Positions 9,275-17,840 of a stretch of DNA of 64,000 nucleotides are shown here, one piece after another. Below the pieces are notes generated by a model. The model was not told the DNA's origin. It saw nothing but the letters and a program-made list of their open reading frames with translations, and did no database searches. The stretch is taken from the NCBI GenBank assembly GCA_036274895.1, contig DASUEU010000058.1, forward strand, positions 84,885 through 148,884. The letters are read 5' to 3'. Position 1 is the stretch's first letter. Every line of letters begins with the position of its first letter. A program made the translations under genes and the position numbers. The stretch comes from Thermoanaerobaculia bacterium (GTDB lineage Bacteria; Acidobacteriota; Thermoanaerobaculia; Multivoradales; SZUA-115).

Positions 9275-10405
9275 TCACTGACTTGCCCCAATCTCTTTGA
9301 GTTTAGAAGCCATATCAAGAACCTCTTGCACCGCAGTCTTAGGTGCCTCGCCGAACGGTTGAGGCGAGACTGAGACTGTCTTTACGACCTCCCTTCTCAG
9401 AAGAGCACTTGCCTCTTGGTCAGAAGCAATGAGTTGCAGCGACTCAGCCTTCTGAGCAAGGACAGCAGCCTGGTGGCTGTGGTATTTGTAGACAGAAAAG
9501 AAAATCTGAACAAGCAGGAGAGTAAGCACAGCGATGGTAGCGCGGATCGCAATATCAGGCCAGCTTGTTTGTGACTGGGTCTGAATCGTCTTTAACAACT
9601 GCTCATAGCTCTGGCTATGGCTATAGTTTTGACGAATCTCGCTGAGGAGTTCCGGTGCGCGCTTCTGGAAGAACTCTCGGGCTTCGCTTGAGACAGCTTC
9701 CTTCTCAAGACGCTCCATTACGGTGGCCAGTCGAAGCACCTTGTACCTCTCGGCCTCTACGTCACGGAGGCGCTCGACATGACTACTCATCCAGAGTCCT
9801 ACAGAGGCGCCCCCGCCGATGAAGACAAGAACAAACATCGCGGCCATACTGATTCGGCTCGTTCGCTCGGCTGCAAGGCTTCTGGCGTAAAGCCTTCGAG
9901 TTACCAGACCTAGAGCCTTCTGCGATGTCTCTGGCTCTAGTGCAGATGGCAGAGACACAGAGGCATCGCTATCCTCAAGGCCTTGGTCCCGGTGCGAGTT
10001 TGGAGCCGACTGAATGTCAATGCCTGACGAGTGTTCAGCACGGGCTACCCGAGAGAGGAGCACCGAGAGTACTCCGATTAGAGATATTCGCACCCCCGCG
10101 GTAATCGCTTCGGCGACGCCGGCCGGCACACTCAATATGTATTGTGAGAATGAAGCTACAATTAATTCCTGGGCAAAAAAAAGGAGAAAAAAAGAATGAG
10201 GCAATACTTCCCATGGCCCAGATAGTTTACCAAGGCGGACAACATGGCGTGCTATCTGCGCCATCAGAAGTGCGGAGACAAGCCCCAAGAGAAACCACGC
10301 GTCGATACGATTGCCAGATAAGAAGCGGACATAACTAGTCGTAACCCCGACGACAGCTGCCAAGGCGACAAGCCAGGTGCTCGAGCTGGGTTGCACGATT
10401 GCCAT
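9275..10405 (-). CDS. hypothetical multi-pass membrane protein with central coiled-coil (low-GC island gene B)
   Basis: Likely starts MAIVQPSS at ATG 10405, preceded by a GAAGGGGGAAG RBS. The listed ORF extends to 10540 through an inverted repeat. It has four N-terminal TM helices, a fifth TM, an Arg/Glu-rich coiled-coil, a further TM and a C-terminal tail. Confidence 0.55.
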   Translation of the reverse strand: MAIVQPSSSTWLVALAAVVGVTTSYVRFLSGNRIDAWFLLGLVSALLMAQIARHVVRLGKLSGPWEVLPHSFFLLFFAQELIVASFSQYILSVPAGVAEAITAGVRISLIGVLSVLLSRVARAEHSSGIDIQSAPNSHRDQGLEDSDASVSLPSALEPETSQKALGLVTRRLYARSLAAERTSRISMAAMFVLVFIGGGASVGLWMSSHVERLRDVEAERYKVLRLATVMERLEKEAVSSEAREFFQKRAPELLSEIRQNYSHSQSYEQLLKTIQTQSQTSWPDIAIRATIAVLTLLLVQIFFSVYKYHSHQAAVLAQKAESLQLIASDQEASALLRREVVKTVSVSPQPFGEAPKTAVQEVLDMASKLKEIGASQ

Positions 10406-10472
10406 CTTCCCCCTTCCAATATCTAGCCTCTCAGAGTGTTGAGCTCTGTCGCCCAACGTTTGAGCTGAGGCG

Positions 10473-10559
10473 CCCGCAACGGCAGGCCGCCTTGGCCGGG
10501 CAGCCGAGAATGGCCGAAGGCTGAGCGGCTGCCCGGCCAAGGCGGCCTGCCGTTGCGGG
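10473..10559. repeat. perfect 34-bp inverted repeat (19-nt loop)
   Basis: cccgcaacggcaggccgccttggccgggcagccg at 10473-10506 is exactly the reverse complement of 10526-10559. Confidence 0.9.
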
Positions 10560-10591
10560 TCGCATCGAGCGAAGGGTTAGGCATCGCCGGG

Positions 10592-11596
10592 CTACGCGAG
10601 CTTGGACTGAAGAAAGCGAACGAGTGCTATCGCGCCGTCGATGCCTTGCTCGACCTGTGGGGCCTCGACGTCCTTCTGCGCGATGTTTCCGTGAACCAGA
10701 TCGTTGCGAATGCCACGTAAGCGATCAACTGCATCGATCGCAGCTTGAACCCTGCGGAGGTCGGTCTTGCCGAGAGAGAGCGGAAGGACGATGTTTAGGA
10801 GGTTGTTGAACGTAAGTTCATCACGAAGGCGCTTGATCTTGTTGTTGCTGAAGCCGCTCTCCTTGAGGGCTTTGAGCCCGTATGCTCGAAGCAGCGTCTC
10901 GGAGATGATAGACGCCTCGATGGCGGCTGCACGTAGCTCCCGCCAGCCAGCTTTCCCTCGGATTCTGTAGAGCTCAAGAAGCTCGCCTTCAGGAAAGGTC
11001 CCATTGTCAGCGGCGCGCTGCATGTCGCGCCAGCGTACGGGAGTGACTAGTTGCGCGGCGGTGTACAGCGGGTTGCGGCCGCGTGGTTTGGTTAGCTTCG
11101 GCTGAAATGGGGTGAACGTCGTTCCGTCAACGCTCCACTCAACTTGACCGCGAGACAGTCTGCCGCCGGTAAAGAAGTTGGTCATCGACTCGGGACCCAT
11201 CCGCATCAGGTAGCGCACCTTCCCAGCTGAGTACAAGAGGGCCTCGAACTTGGTGTGCGCTTCTACGTAGGCATCGTAAATGGCTTCGGCGGCAGTAGCA
11301 CTAGCCGTGCCTTTGCGCGAGAGACTTTGGACGAGATCCGGGGGCGCTGGGGCGTAGTGAAGTTCGATTCGACCACTTGGGAAGAGGATCACGTCTCGCT
11401 TCCAAGGATGCTTCTCTTCCTCCAAGTAGACGAGCACCTTGGCGCGCGTCAGCTGCATGGACAGCGGGGTATCGTGATCCTGCTTCCGCCACTTTGATGC
11501 GCCAAAGCTCGGGAAGTCGATCGGCCTGCGGATGATGAGCTGCGACATACAGTGGATGCGATGCCTAACCAGTAAGCGTCTTTCCGAAGTCCGCAC
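10592..11596 (-). CDS. hypothetical protein with C-terminal HEPN-like R-x4-H motif (low-GC island gene A)
   Basis: The ~110-aa alpha-helical C-terminus contains ..DRLRGIRNDLVHGN.. (RNxxxH) at 10691-10708. The alternative ATG start at 11548 would give 318 aa. The N-terminal 200 aa match no family I recognise. Confidence 0.5.
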   Translation of the reverse strand: MRTSERRLLVRHRIHCMSQLIIRRPIDFPSFGASKWRKQDHDTPLSMQLTRAKVLVYLEEEKHPWKRDVILFPSGRIELHYAPAPPDLVQSLSRKGTASATAAEAIYDAYVEAHTKFEALLYSAGKVRYLMRMGPESMTNFFTGGRLSRGQVEWSVDGTTFTPFQPKLTKPRGRNPLYTAAQLVTPVRWRDMQRAADNGTFPEGELLELYRIRGKAGWRELRAAAIEASIISETLLRAYGLKALKESGFSNNKIKRLRDELTFNNLLNIVLPLSLGKTDLRRVQAAIDAVDRLRGIRNDLVHGNIAQKDVEAPQVEQGIDGAIALVRFLQSKLA

Positions 11597-11972
11597 GTGG
11601 TTGGGTATGGCAGATCGCCCCGGGGGCCATCGAGGGCTCCCCGGAGACGCGCGGATTTCGGAAAGACGTGCGTTGGACGAAGCCGCGGGCCGCTGGCGCA
11701 GGTCTATGGAGTTTGAATCGAGCGCTGGTGAAGCGGCGCAGGGAGGGGGTCCTGGTCTGAGCCTCGCTCGCCGGGGCGCGGGTGCCGCGCCAGCGGGCGT
11801 GCCGAGCCTCCGGGATCTGATTCCTGCTGCTTAGCAGTTGCACGGTGGAGCGATTTTAGCACTGCGCACCTCCGGGCGCAGAGAGGCTTCCTGGGGCCCG
11901 AGCTGTGGGCCGAGCGAGGAGGGTTGGGATCATGGGGCAGCAGCTCCGGCGCCGGGCGGAGGGCGGGCGCGA

Positions 11973-12113
11973 GCCACCGCCGGTGACGACCGTGCGCTCG
12001 TGGGGATGAAAGGTCAGGGTCTGGCTCCAGGTGTAGAGGGCGGAGAGCAAACCGATTTCCGCACCGAGGTGCTTGGGGTCGGCGGCGCCGAGGGCGTCCA
12101 GGAACTTGAACAA
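11973..12113 (-). pseudogene. IS91-family (Y2 HUH) transposase remnant
   Basis: The fragment ..LLSALYTWSQTLTFHPHERTVVTGGG.. matches the conserved IS91 Tnp block (..LHTWGQNL.LHPHLHCLVTGG..) with the HUH histidines degraded. It is only ~47 aa and the surrounding frames are broken. Confidence 0.4.
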
Positions 12114-12191
12114 GTACGGCCCAGGTCACCGGGCCTTCTCAGCCAGCCGGTCGAGGACGTCGACCCGCCTCCAAGATAAGCTTCGACGCTC

Positions 12192-13673
12192 ATGCTCCGG
12201 ATCCAGCTCCCCCGTGGCGGCCGGGCCGTCGGCCTGGTCCTGGGCGTCCTCGCTTACCTCGCGATCTTGTTCTTCGCGACGCCGCTCCGGGCGGATCCGG
12301 AGTGGGGTGCCCGGCCGGCCTTGGCCGCCGCAGCAGCAGCGCTCATGGCCATCTGGTGGCTCAGCGAGGCGATCCCGATCTACTGGACGGCGGCGTTGCC
12401 GCTGCTGCTTTTCCCCGCCTCCGGCGTGTTCGGCCGCGGCTTCTTCGGCGACCTCGCCCGCACGGTCGACGCCTACGTCGACCCCTACCTCTTCCTCTTC
12501 GCCGGCGGCATGGCCATCGCCGGCGCCATGCAGCAGTGGAACCTCCATCGCCGCATCGCGCTCTCCGTGATGAAGGCCATCGGCACCGAGCCGGCGCGCC
12601 TGCTGGCCGGCCTGCTCGCGGCCACGGCCTTCATCTCGCTGTGGATCTCCAACACCGCCACGGCCGCCATGATGCTGCCCATCGGCCTGGCCCTGATCGC
12701 CCAGATCGAGCGTTCGACCGGCGGCCGGCGCCTCCAGCATTACGGCGCCGCCCTGATGCTCGCCATCGCCTACGGCGCCAACGTCGGCGGCATCGGTACC
12801 AAGATCGGCACGGTGCCCAACGCCCAGTTCGCCGGCTTTCTCGAGCGGCGGGGCACGCCGATCTCCTTTCTCGAGTTCATGGCCGTGGGCCTGCCCTTCG
12901 TGCTGATGTTCCTGCCCGTGGTCTGGCTCGCCCTCTGGCGCATCGGCCGCAAGGAGGACTTCGGCGCCGCGGTGGGTGCCGGGGTGATCGCCGACGAGCT
13001 CGCCCGCCTGGGGCCGGTGCGGCGTGCCGAGAAGCTGATCCTCGGCGTCTTCGCCGCCACCGCCCTGGTGTGGATCTTCGGCAAGGGCCTGGGGGCGACG
13101 CTCGCCCGCGCCTGGCCGGGGGCCGGCATCACCTCCGCCCACGTCGAGGGAGGGGTGGCGGTGCTCGCCGCCCTCGTCCTGTTGCTCTTGCGGGCGGAGC
13201 GGCAGCCGGTGCTCGCCCTCGCCTCGCTCAAGGCCGTGCCGTGGGAGACCCTGCTGCTGCTCGGCGGCGGCTTCGCCCTGGCGGCCGGGGTGCAGGACAG
13301 TGGCCTCTCAGCCTTCATGAGCCGGGGGCTCACCGGCATCCGCGACCTGCCCCCCGGGCTCCAGGTGGCCATCGCCGCCCTCGCCGCCGTGGGCATCTCG
13401 GCGGTGGCGAGCAACACCTCGACCATCGCCGTGCTGCTGGTGGTGCTCGCCGAGGCCGTGTCACCGGAAGCCCTCTCGACCGTCCTCTTCACGGCCACCA
13501 TCGCCGCCTCTTGCGACTTCGCCCTGCCCGCCGGCACTCCGCCCAACGCCATCGTCTTCGGCAGCGGCTACGTCACCATCCCGCGCATGGCCAAGACCGG
13601 CGTGCTGCTCGATCTCGCCGCCGCCCTGCTGGCCGCGGCCTGGTGCTGGCTGGTGGTCGACCTGGTGCTCTGA
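12192..13673 (+). CDS. DASS/SLC13 family anion:Na+ symporter
   Basis: 493-aa polytopic protein with the SNTATAAMMLPI (SNT) motif of divalent-anion:sodium symporters. Confidence 0.8.
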   Translation: MLRIQLPRGGRAVGLVLGVLAYLAILFFATPLRADPEWGARPALAAAAAALMAIWWLSEAIPIYWTAALPLLLFPASGVFGRGFFGDLARTVDAYVDPYLFLFAGGMAIAGAMQQWNLHRRIALSVMKAIGTEPARLLAGLLAATAFISLWISNTATAAMMLPIGLALIAQIERSTGGRRLQHYGAALMLAIAYGANVGGIGTKIGTVPNAQFAGFLERRGTPISFLEFMAVGLPFVLMFLPVVWLALWRIGRKEDFGAAVGAGVIADELARLGPVRRAEKLILGVFAATALVWIFGKGLGATLARAWPGAGITSAHVEGGVAVLAALVLLLLRAERQPVLALASLKAVPWETLLLLGGGFALAAGVQDSGLSAFMSRGLTGIRDLPPGLQVAIAALAAVGISAVASNTSTIAVLLVVLAEAVSPEALSTVLFTATIAASCDFALPAGTPPNAIVFGSGYVTIPRMAKTGVLLDLAAALLAAAWCWLVVDLVL

Positions 13674-13682
13674 GCGCCGCCT

Positions 13683-16133
13683 CTACTCCGAGCGTAGGGT
13701 CTCGCTCGGTGCCACCCGCGCCGCCGTGCGCGCCGGCAGGAAGTTGGCGACCAGGGCCACCGCGGTGATCAGCGTCGGGATGAAGACGAAGGTCAGGGGG
13801 TCCATGGCGTCGATGCCGAACAGGAACTGGCGCAGCAGCTGGGAGGCGGCCAGCGCCAGCAGGATGCCGATGCCCAGACCGAGACCGACCGTGCGCATGC
13901 CTTCCCCGACCACCAGCCGCACCACGTCGCGGGTTTCGGCGCCCACGGCCATACGGATTCCCACCTCGCGCCGGCGCCGAGCCACCGAGTAGGCCACCAC
14001 GCCGTAGATCCCCACCGCCGCGAGCAGGATGCCGAGCAGGCCCAGGAGGCCGAGGATCAGGGCTCCCATCCGCGCCGGGAAGAGCATGAAGGCGAGGTGC
14101 TCGGAGAGGGTCTTGAGCTCGAAGATCGGCACCTCGCGGTCGATCTCTTCGACCGTGCGGCGGATCGGGCCCAGGAACGAGCTGGCGTCCCCGGCCACAG
14201 CGACCACAACCCCGGCCATGGCGTTCCAGTCCTGGTCGTGGGCCCGGTAGACGAAGGGCCGCGGGGACTCGCCGAGCGTGCGGTACTTGCCATCAGCCGC
14301 GACCCCGATCACCTCGTGCCAGGGCTCATCCTCGCCGAAGCGAACCCTCTTGCCCAGGGCCGAGATCCCCGGGAAGTGCTGCTGGGCGGCGGTCTGGTTC
14401 AGGATCACCACCCGCGGCGCCTCGGCCGAGTCGCCGGGGCCGAAGTCACGGCCGGCCACCAGCTCGATGCCCAGGGTGCGGAAGTAGCCGCTGCCCACTT
14501 CGACCGTGTCGATCGCCGGGGCCTGGTCCCAGTCCTCGATCACCTCGCCCTCGGCCGCCATCGAGTTGACGTGGACGTTGGCGCCCAGGGGCAGATGCCC
14601 GACGATCGCCGCCGAGCGCACGCCGGGCAGGGCCGAGAGGCGCTCGACGACCTGCCGGTAGTAGACCCGGCCCTGCTCCTCCGACAGCCGGTTGCCGATG
14701 CCCGGGGCGAGCTGGACCATCACGCCGTCGCGCAGAGAGAAGCCCGGGTCCACCTTCTGGAAGCTGCCGAGGCTGCGCAGGAAGAGGCCGCCGCCGATCA
14801 GCACCAGGGTCGAGACCGCCACCTGCCCGACCACCAGCATGTTGCGCAGGGTGAAGCGCCGCCGGCCCGAGGCCAGGCCGCCCTCCCCTCCCTTGAGGGA
14901 GGTGACCAGGTCGGCGCGCGAGGCAGAGCGCGCCGGGGCGAGGCCGCAGGCGAGGCCGGTGACCACGGCCACCACCAAGGTGAAGAGCAGCACCCGGCCG
15001 TCGAGGGAGACGTCCAGCACCAGCGGGATGGGCAGATCGGGGGTGGCCCGCACCAGCAGCTGAGCCAGCAGCAGGGCCACGCCCAGCCCGGCGACGCCGC
15101 CCATGGCCGCGAGCAGGAAGCTCTCGGCCAGAAGCTGGCGGATCAGCCGGAAGCGCCCCGAGCCCAGGGCGAGGCGCAGGGCGATCTCTCGGCCGCGGTC
15201 CGAGGCCCGGGCCAGCAGCAGGTTGGCGATGTTCGAGCAAGCGATCAGCAGCACCAGGCCGACGACCGTCATCAGCAGGGCAGCCACGGCCTTGAGCGGC
15301 TTGTCGAGGCCGGGGTTCAAGGCCACGTCCTCGGCAGGGACCACCCTGACCTTGCGGCCTTCGTTGGTGTCCGGGTAGGCGGCGGCCAGCCGCGCGGCAA
15401 TGGCTCCCAGCTCGGCCTCGGCCATCTGGGGGGAGATTCCGGGCTTCAAGCGCCCGCGCAGGAACAAAGAGCGGGCGCCCCGCTGCTCGAGCCGCGGGCG
15501 CTCGGCGACGCGATCGCTCATCGCGAGCGGGATGAAGTAGTCGACGGCGACCACCGAGAAGGTGCCCTTGAAGCCCTCGGGAGCCACGCCGATGACGGTG
15601 AAGGGCTGACCGTTCAGGGTGAGGCTCTGGCCGACCACTCCCGGATCGCCGCCGAAGCGGCGCCGCCACAGGCTCTCACCGAGGATCACCACCGCCGCCG
15701 CGGTGCCGGCCTCGTCTTCGGAGGAGAGGAAGCTGCGCCCGAGCTGGGGCTTGCCCCCCCAGAGGTCGAAGTAGTTGGCCGAGACCTCCTCACCGAAGAG
15801 CAGCTCGGAGCGCTCCCCCGCGGGAGAGGAGGCGATGCCCATCTGCTGGGCGGCGATCTGTTCGAAGCTGGTGGCCGAGCGGCGTATGTCGAGGTAGTCG
15901 GGCACCGAGAAGGTGGCGTAGGCGAAGCCGCTGCTGTCCGAGAAGTAGATCTGCGCCAGGCGCTCGTCATCCTGCCCGGAGGCCCCGCGCCAGAGCACCG
16001 CGTCGATCACCGAGAACAGGGCCGTGTTGGCCCCGATGCCAAGGGCCAGGGAAAGCACCGCCAGCCCGTTGAGCCACGGCCGGCGCGCAAGCTCACGGCC
16101 GGCGAAGCGGAAGTCCCTCAACAGTCCATTCAT
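13683..16133 (-). CDS. ABC transporter permease, duplicated FtsX/MacB-like (ADOP family)
   Basis: 816 aa with an N-terminus MNGLLRDFRFAGRELARRPWLNGLAVLSLALGIGANTALFSV typical of acidobacterial duplicated orphan permeases, and two FtsX-like 4-TM modules. Confidence 0.8.
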   Translation of the reverse strand: MNGLLRDFRFAGRELARRPWLNGLAVLSLALGIGANTALFSVIDAVLWRGASGQDDERLAQIYFSDSSGFAYATFSVPDYLDIRRSATSFEQIAAQQMGIASSPAGERSELLFGEEVSANYFDLWGGKPQLGRSFLSSEDEAGTAAAVVILGESLWRRRFGGDPGVVGQSLTLNGQPFTVIGVAPEGFKGTFSVVAVDYFIPLAMSDRVAERPRLEQRGARSLFLRGRLKPGISPQMAEAELGAIAARLAAAYPDTNEGRKVRVVPAEDVALNPGLDKPLKAVAALLMTVVGLVLLIACSNIANLLLARASDRGREIALRLALGSGRFRLIRQLLAESFLLAAMGGVAGLGVALLLAQLLVRATPDLPIPLVLDVSLDGRVLLFTLVVAVVTGLACGLAPARSASRADLVTSLKGGEGGLASGRRRFTLRNMLVVGQVAVSTLVLIGGGLFLRSLGSFQKVDPGFSLRDGVMVQLAPGIGNRLSEEQGRVYYRQVVERLSALPGVRSAAIVGHLPLGANVHVNSMAAEGEVIEDWDQAPAIDTVEVGSGYFRTLGIELVAGRDFGPGDSAEAPRVVILNQTAAQQHFPGISALGKRVRFGEDEPWHEVIGVAADGKYRTLGESPRPFVYRAHDQDWNAMAGVVVAVAGDASSFLGPIRRTVEEIDREVPIFELKTLSEHLAFMLFPARMGALILGLLGLLGILLAAVGIYGVVAYSVARRRREVGIRMAVGAETRDVVRLVVGEGMRTVGLGLGIGILLALAASQLLRQFLFGIDAMDPLTFVFIPTLITAVALVANFLPARTAARVAPSETLRSE

Positions 16134-16228
16134 GGTCAGCTCCTCTCGGGGAGATCAACGACGCCAACGCGGTTCGGTTACAGCGCGGTTCCGCGGTTTT
16201 CCGTCTACGTCGTAGAGGAGGAGTCGAC

Positions 16229-17383
16229 GTGATCGCAGACTCGAGACGGAAGGACGAATCGTTCCTGGACCAGTTGGTGCGCCAGCGCTGGCTGACTCCC
16301 TGGCAAGCTGAGGTTCTCGCCGTGGCGCAGGTGGACTCGGTGGAGACGTTGTGGGCCGTGCTGGTGACCTTCCCATCCCTCGGACGGATCCCGGGATTCG
16401 ACCTCCCGGGCCTGACCAACCGTCTGGCCAGAGGCTTCGGAGCTGAGATCGGCATCCTCGCCGAATCGCCCGGTGCCCCCGGCGTTGCCCTACCAGCCTT
16501 CGCCTTCGGGTGCGAGTACCCAGGGCAAGACGAGCCGGCTGCTCCCGGCTGGGAGGTTCCACTGCCCGCTCACGGGGGGCTCAGGAGCCTGGCCCTCCAA
16601 TCTACCGGGGCGGAATCTCTGCAAGATGCCATCGACGTCCGCTGCGGGCCGTGGCCGGTGCGGGACCAGGGTGAGCGCGGCGCCTGCATCGCCTTTGCGA
16701 CGGTCGCCTGCCGAGAGCAGCTGGAATGCCGGCGGGCTCTCGCGCTACCAGACCTCTCCGAGCAGTACTTCTACTGGGCTCTGAAGGCCCGGAGCGCTGA
16801 TCCGTGGCCGGAGAGCGAAGGCAGTCTCCTGCGGTTCGCGCAGCGAGCCCTCGCATCGGAGGGTGTGTGCACCGAGCGGCTGTGGCCCTACAACCCGGCG
16901 AGGGTCCCGGGCAACGTCCCTCAGGCCGGTGTCGGTGGCCCCACACCCGCTGCCCGCGCAGATGCACCGCTTTATGCCGTCGCTTCAAGGGCCTTCTGCG
17001 GCGGGACGTCCGTCGGCAATGCCACCCGGCTCTACGGCTGGCTGAAGGATCGGCAGCGCGCCGTCGCCATCTCGCTCCCGGTCTTCTCGAACCCGCGCAA
17101 GCCGAGATCCAACAACTGGGGAAGCCTGGCCGGATGGCGACACGGGCGCGTCCTCGACCCTCCCCCAACAGCCACATCCATCGGAGGGCACACCGTCTGC
17201 GTCACCGGCTTCCGCCCCGATCGCCGCGAACCGCTGGGCGGCTACTTTGTGATCCGCAACAGCTGGGGTCCTCGCTGGGGAAAGCGCCTGCCAAACCCCG
17301 AGCACGCCGGCCCAGAGCCCGGCTATGGGCAGGTCTCGGCGACCTACGTGGAGCGCTTCCTGTGGGAGATGCTGCAGCTGTGA
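16229..17383 (+). CDS. papain-like cysteine peptidase (C1 family) with N-terminal extension
   Basis: Catalytic signatures are present: Q..GERGACIAFA (Gln/Cys), GGHTVCVTGF (His) and IRNSWGPRWG (Asn/Trp). Confidence 0.7.
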   Translation: MIADSRRKDESFLDQLVRQRWLTPWQAEVLAVAQVDSVETLWAVLVTFPSLGRIPGFDLPGLTNRLARGFGAEIGILAESPGAPGVALPAFAFGCEYPGQDEPAAPGWEVPLPAHGGLRSLALQSTGAESLQDAIDVRCGPWPVRDQGERGACIAFATVACREQLECRRALALPDLSEQYFYWALKARSADPWPESEGSLLRFAQRALASEGVCTERLWPYNPARVPGNVPQAGVGGPTPAARADAPLYAVASRAFCGGTSVGNATRLYGWLKDRQRAVAISLPVFSNPRKPRSNNWGSLAGWRHGRVLDPPPTATSIGGHTVCVTGFRPDRREPLGGYFVIRNSWGPRWGKRLPNPEHAGPEPGYGQVSATYVERFLWEMLQL

Positions 17384-17425
17384 GCAGTGGCTGTCACCGG
17401 TCCCGGAGAGTTATACTGCCCTCCC

Positions 17426-17776
17426 ATGAACGTCCGGTATCTGCGCTCAGCAGTCGGCCTGGCTCTCGACCGCGGTGACTTTGGCGTGGCAGTAGCGGGT
17501 GAGGTTCTCGAACTGCCGCGGGAGCTCGCGCTGGCAGCTGAGCGCCTGGGTGTGTACACCCCCGAGGATCTTCTGGCCATGATCGGCACTTTCCCCGAAG
17601 CCATCGCGCATGAGCTCGGTTGGCAGCCCGAGGAGGTGGAGACGGCATTTTCCGGGCTCCGTGCCACCCTCCGGGGGCATCTGCCGCAGGACGTTCTCGA
17701 GCCTGAAGAGCATGAGACGCCGCCGACCGGAGCCCTCTGTCCCTGGGAGGTCCCTGCCCTCCCCGCCCGCCGCTGA
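17426..17776 (+). CDS. small hypothetical protein sharing a motif with the N-terminus of the upstream protease
   Basis: MNVRYLRS.. starts at 17426, inside ORF 17387..17776. It contains TPEDLLAMIGTFPEAIAHEL, which resembles SVETLWAVLVTFPSLGRI in the protease N-terminus. Confidence 0.4.
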   Translation: MNVRYLRSAVGLALDRGDFGVAVAGEVLELPRELALAAERLGVYTPEDLLAMIGTFPEAIAHELGWQPEEVETAFSGLRATLRGHLPQDVLEPEEHETPPTGALCPWEVPALPARR

Positions 17777-17840
17777 GCTGTTGGTCCGGAGCCGGACGGC
17801 CGGCTCGCGCCGGGTTCTTTCGTTGTAATCTCCCGCCGCC

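Noticed and set aside
10014-10338. Small plus-strand ORFs 10014..10199 and 10144..10338 inside the island membrane-protein gene
   Set aside because: They are short and antisense to a better-supported TM protein, with no RBS. The A-rich run ..gggcaaaaaaaaggagaaaaaaagaatgagg.. is coding sequence of the minus gene.
8484-12192. tRNA or tmRNA gene as integration target at the low-GC island borders
   Set aside because: I scanned both flanks for T-loop (GGTTCGAATCC-like) and acceptor-stem features and found none.
14097-16232. 711-aa plus-strand ORF antisense to the ADOP permease
   Set aside because: The ADOP signature on the minus strand is unambiguous. The plus ORF is G/A/R/D-rich with no domains.
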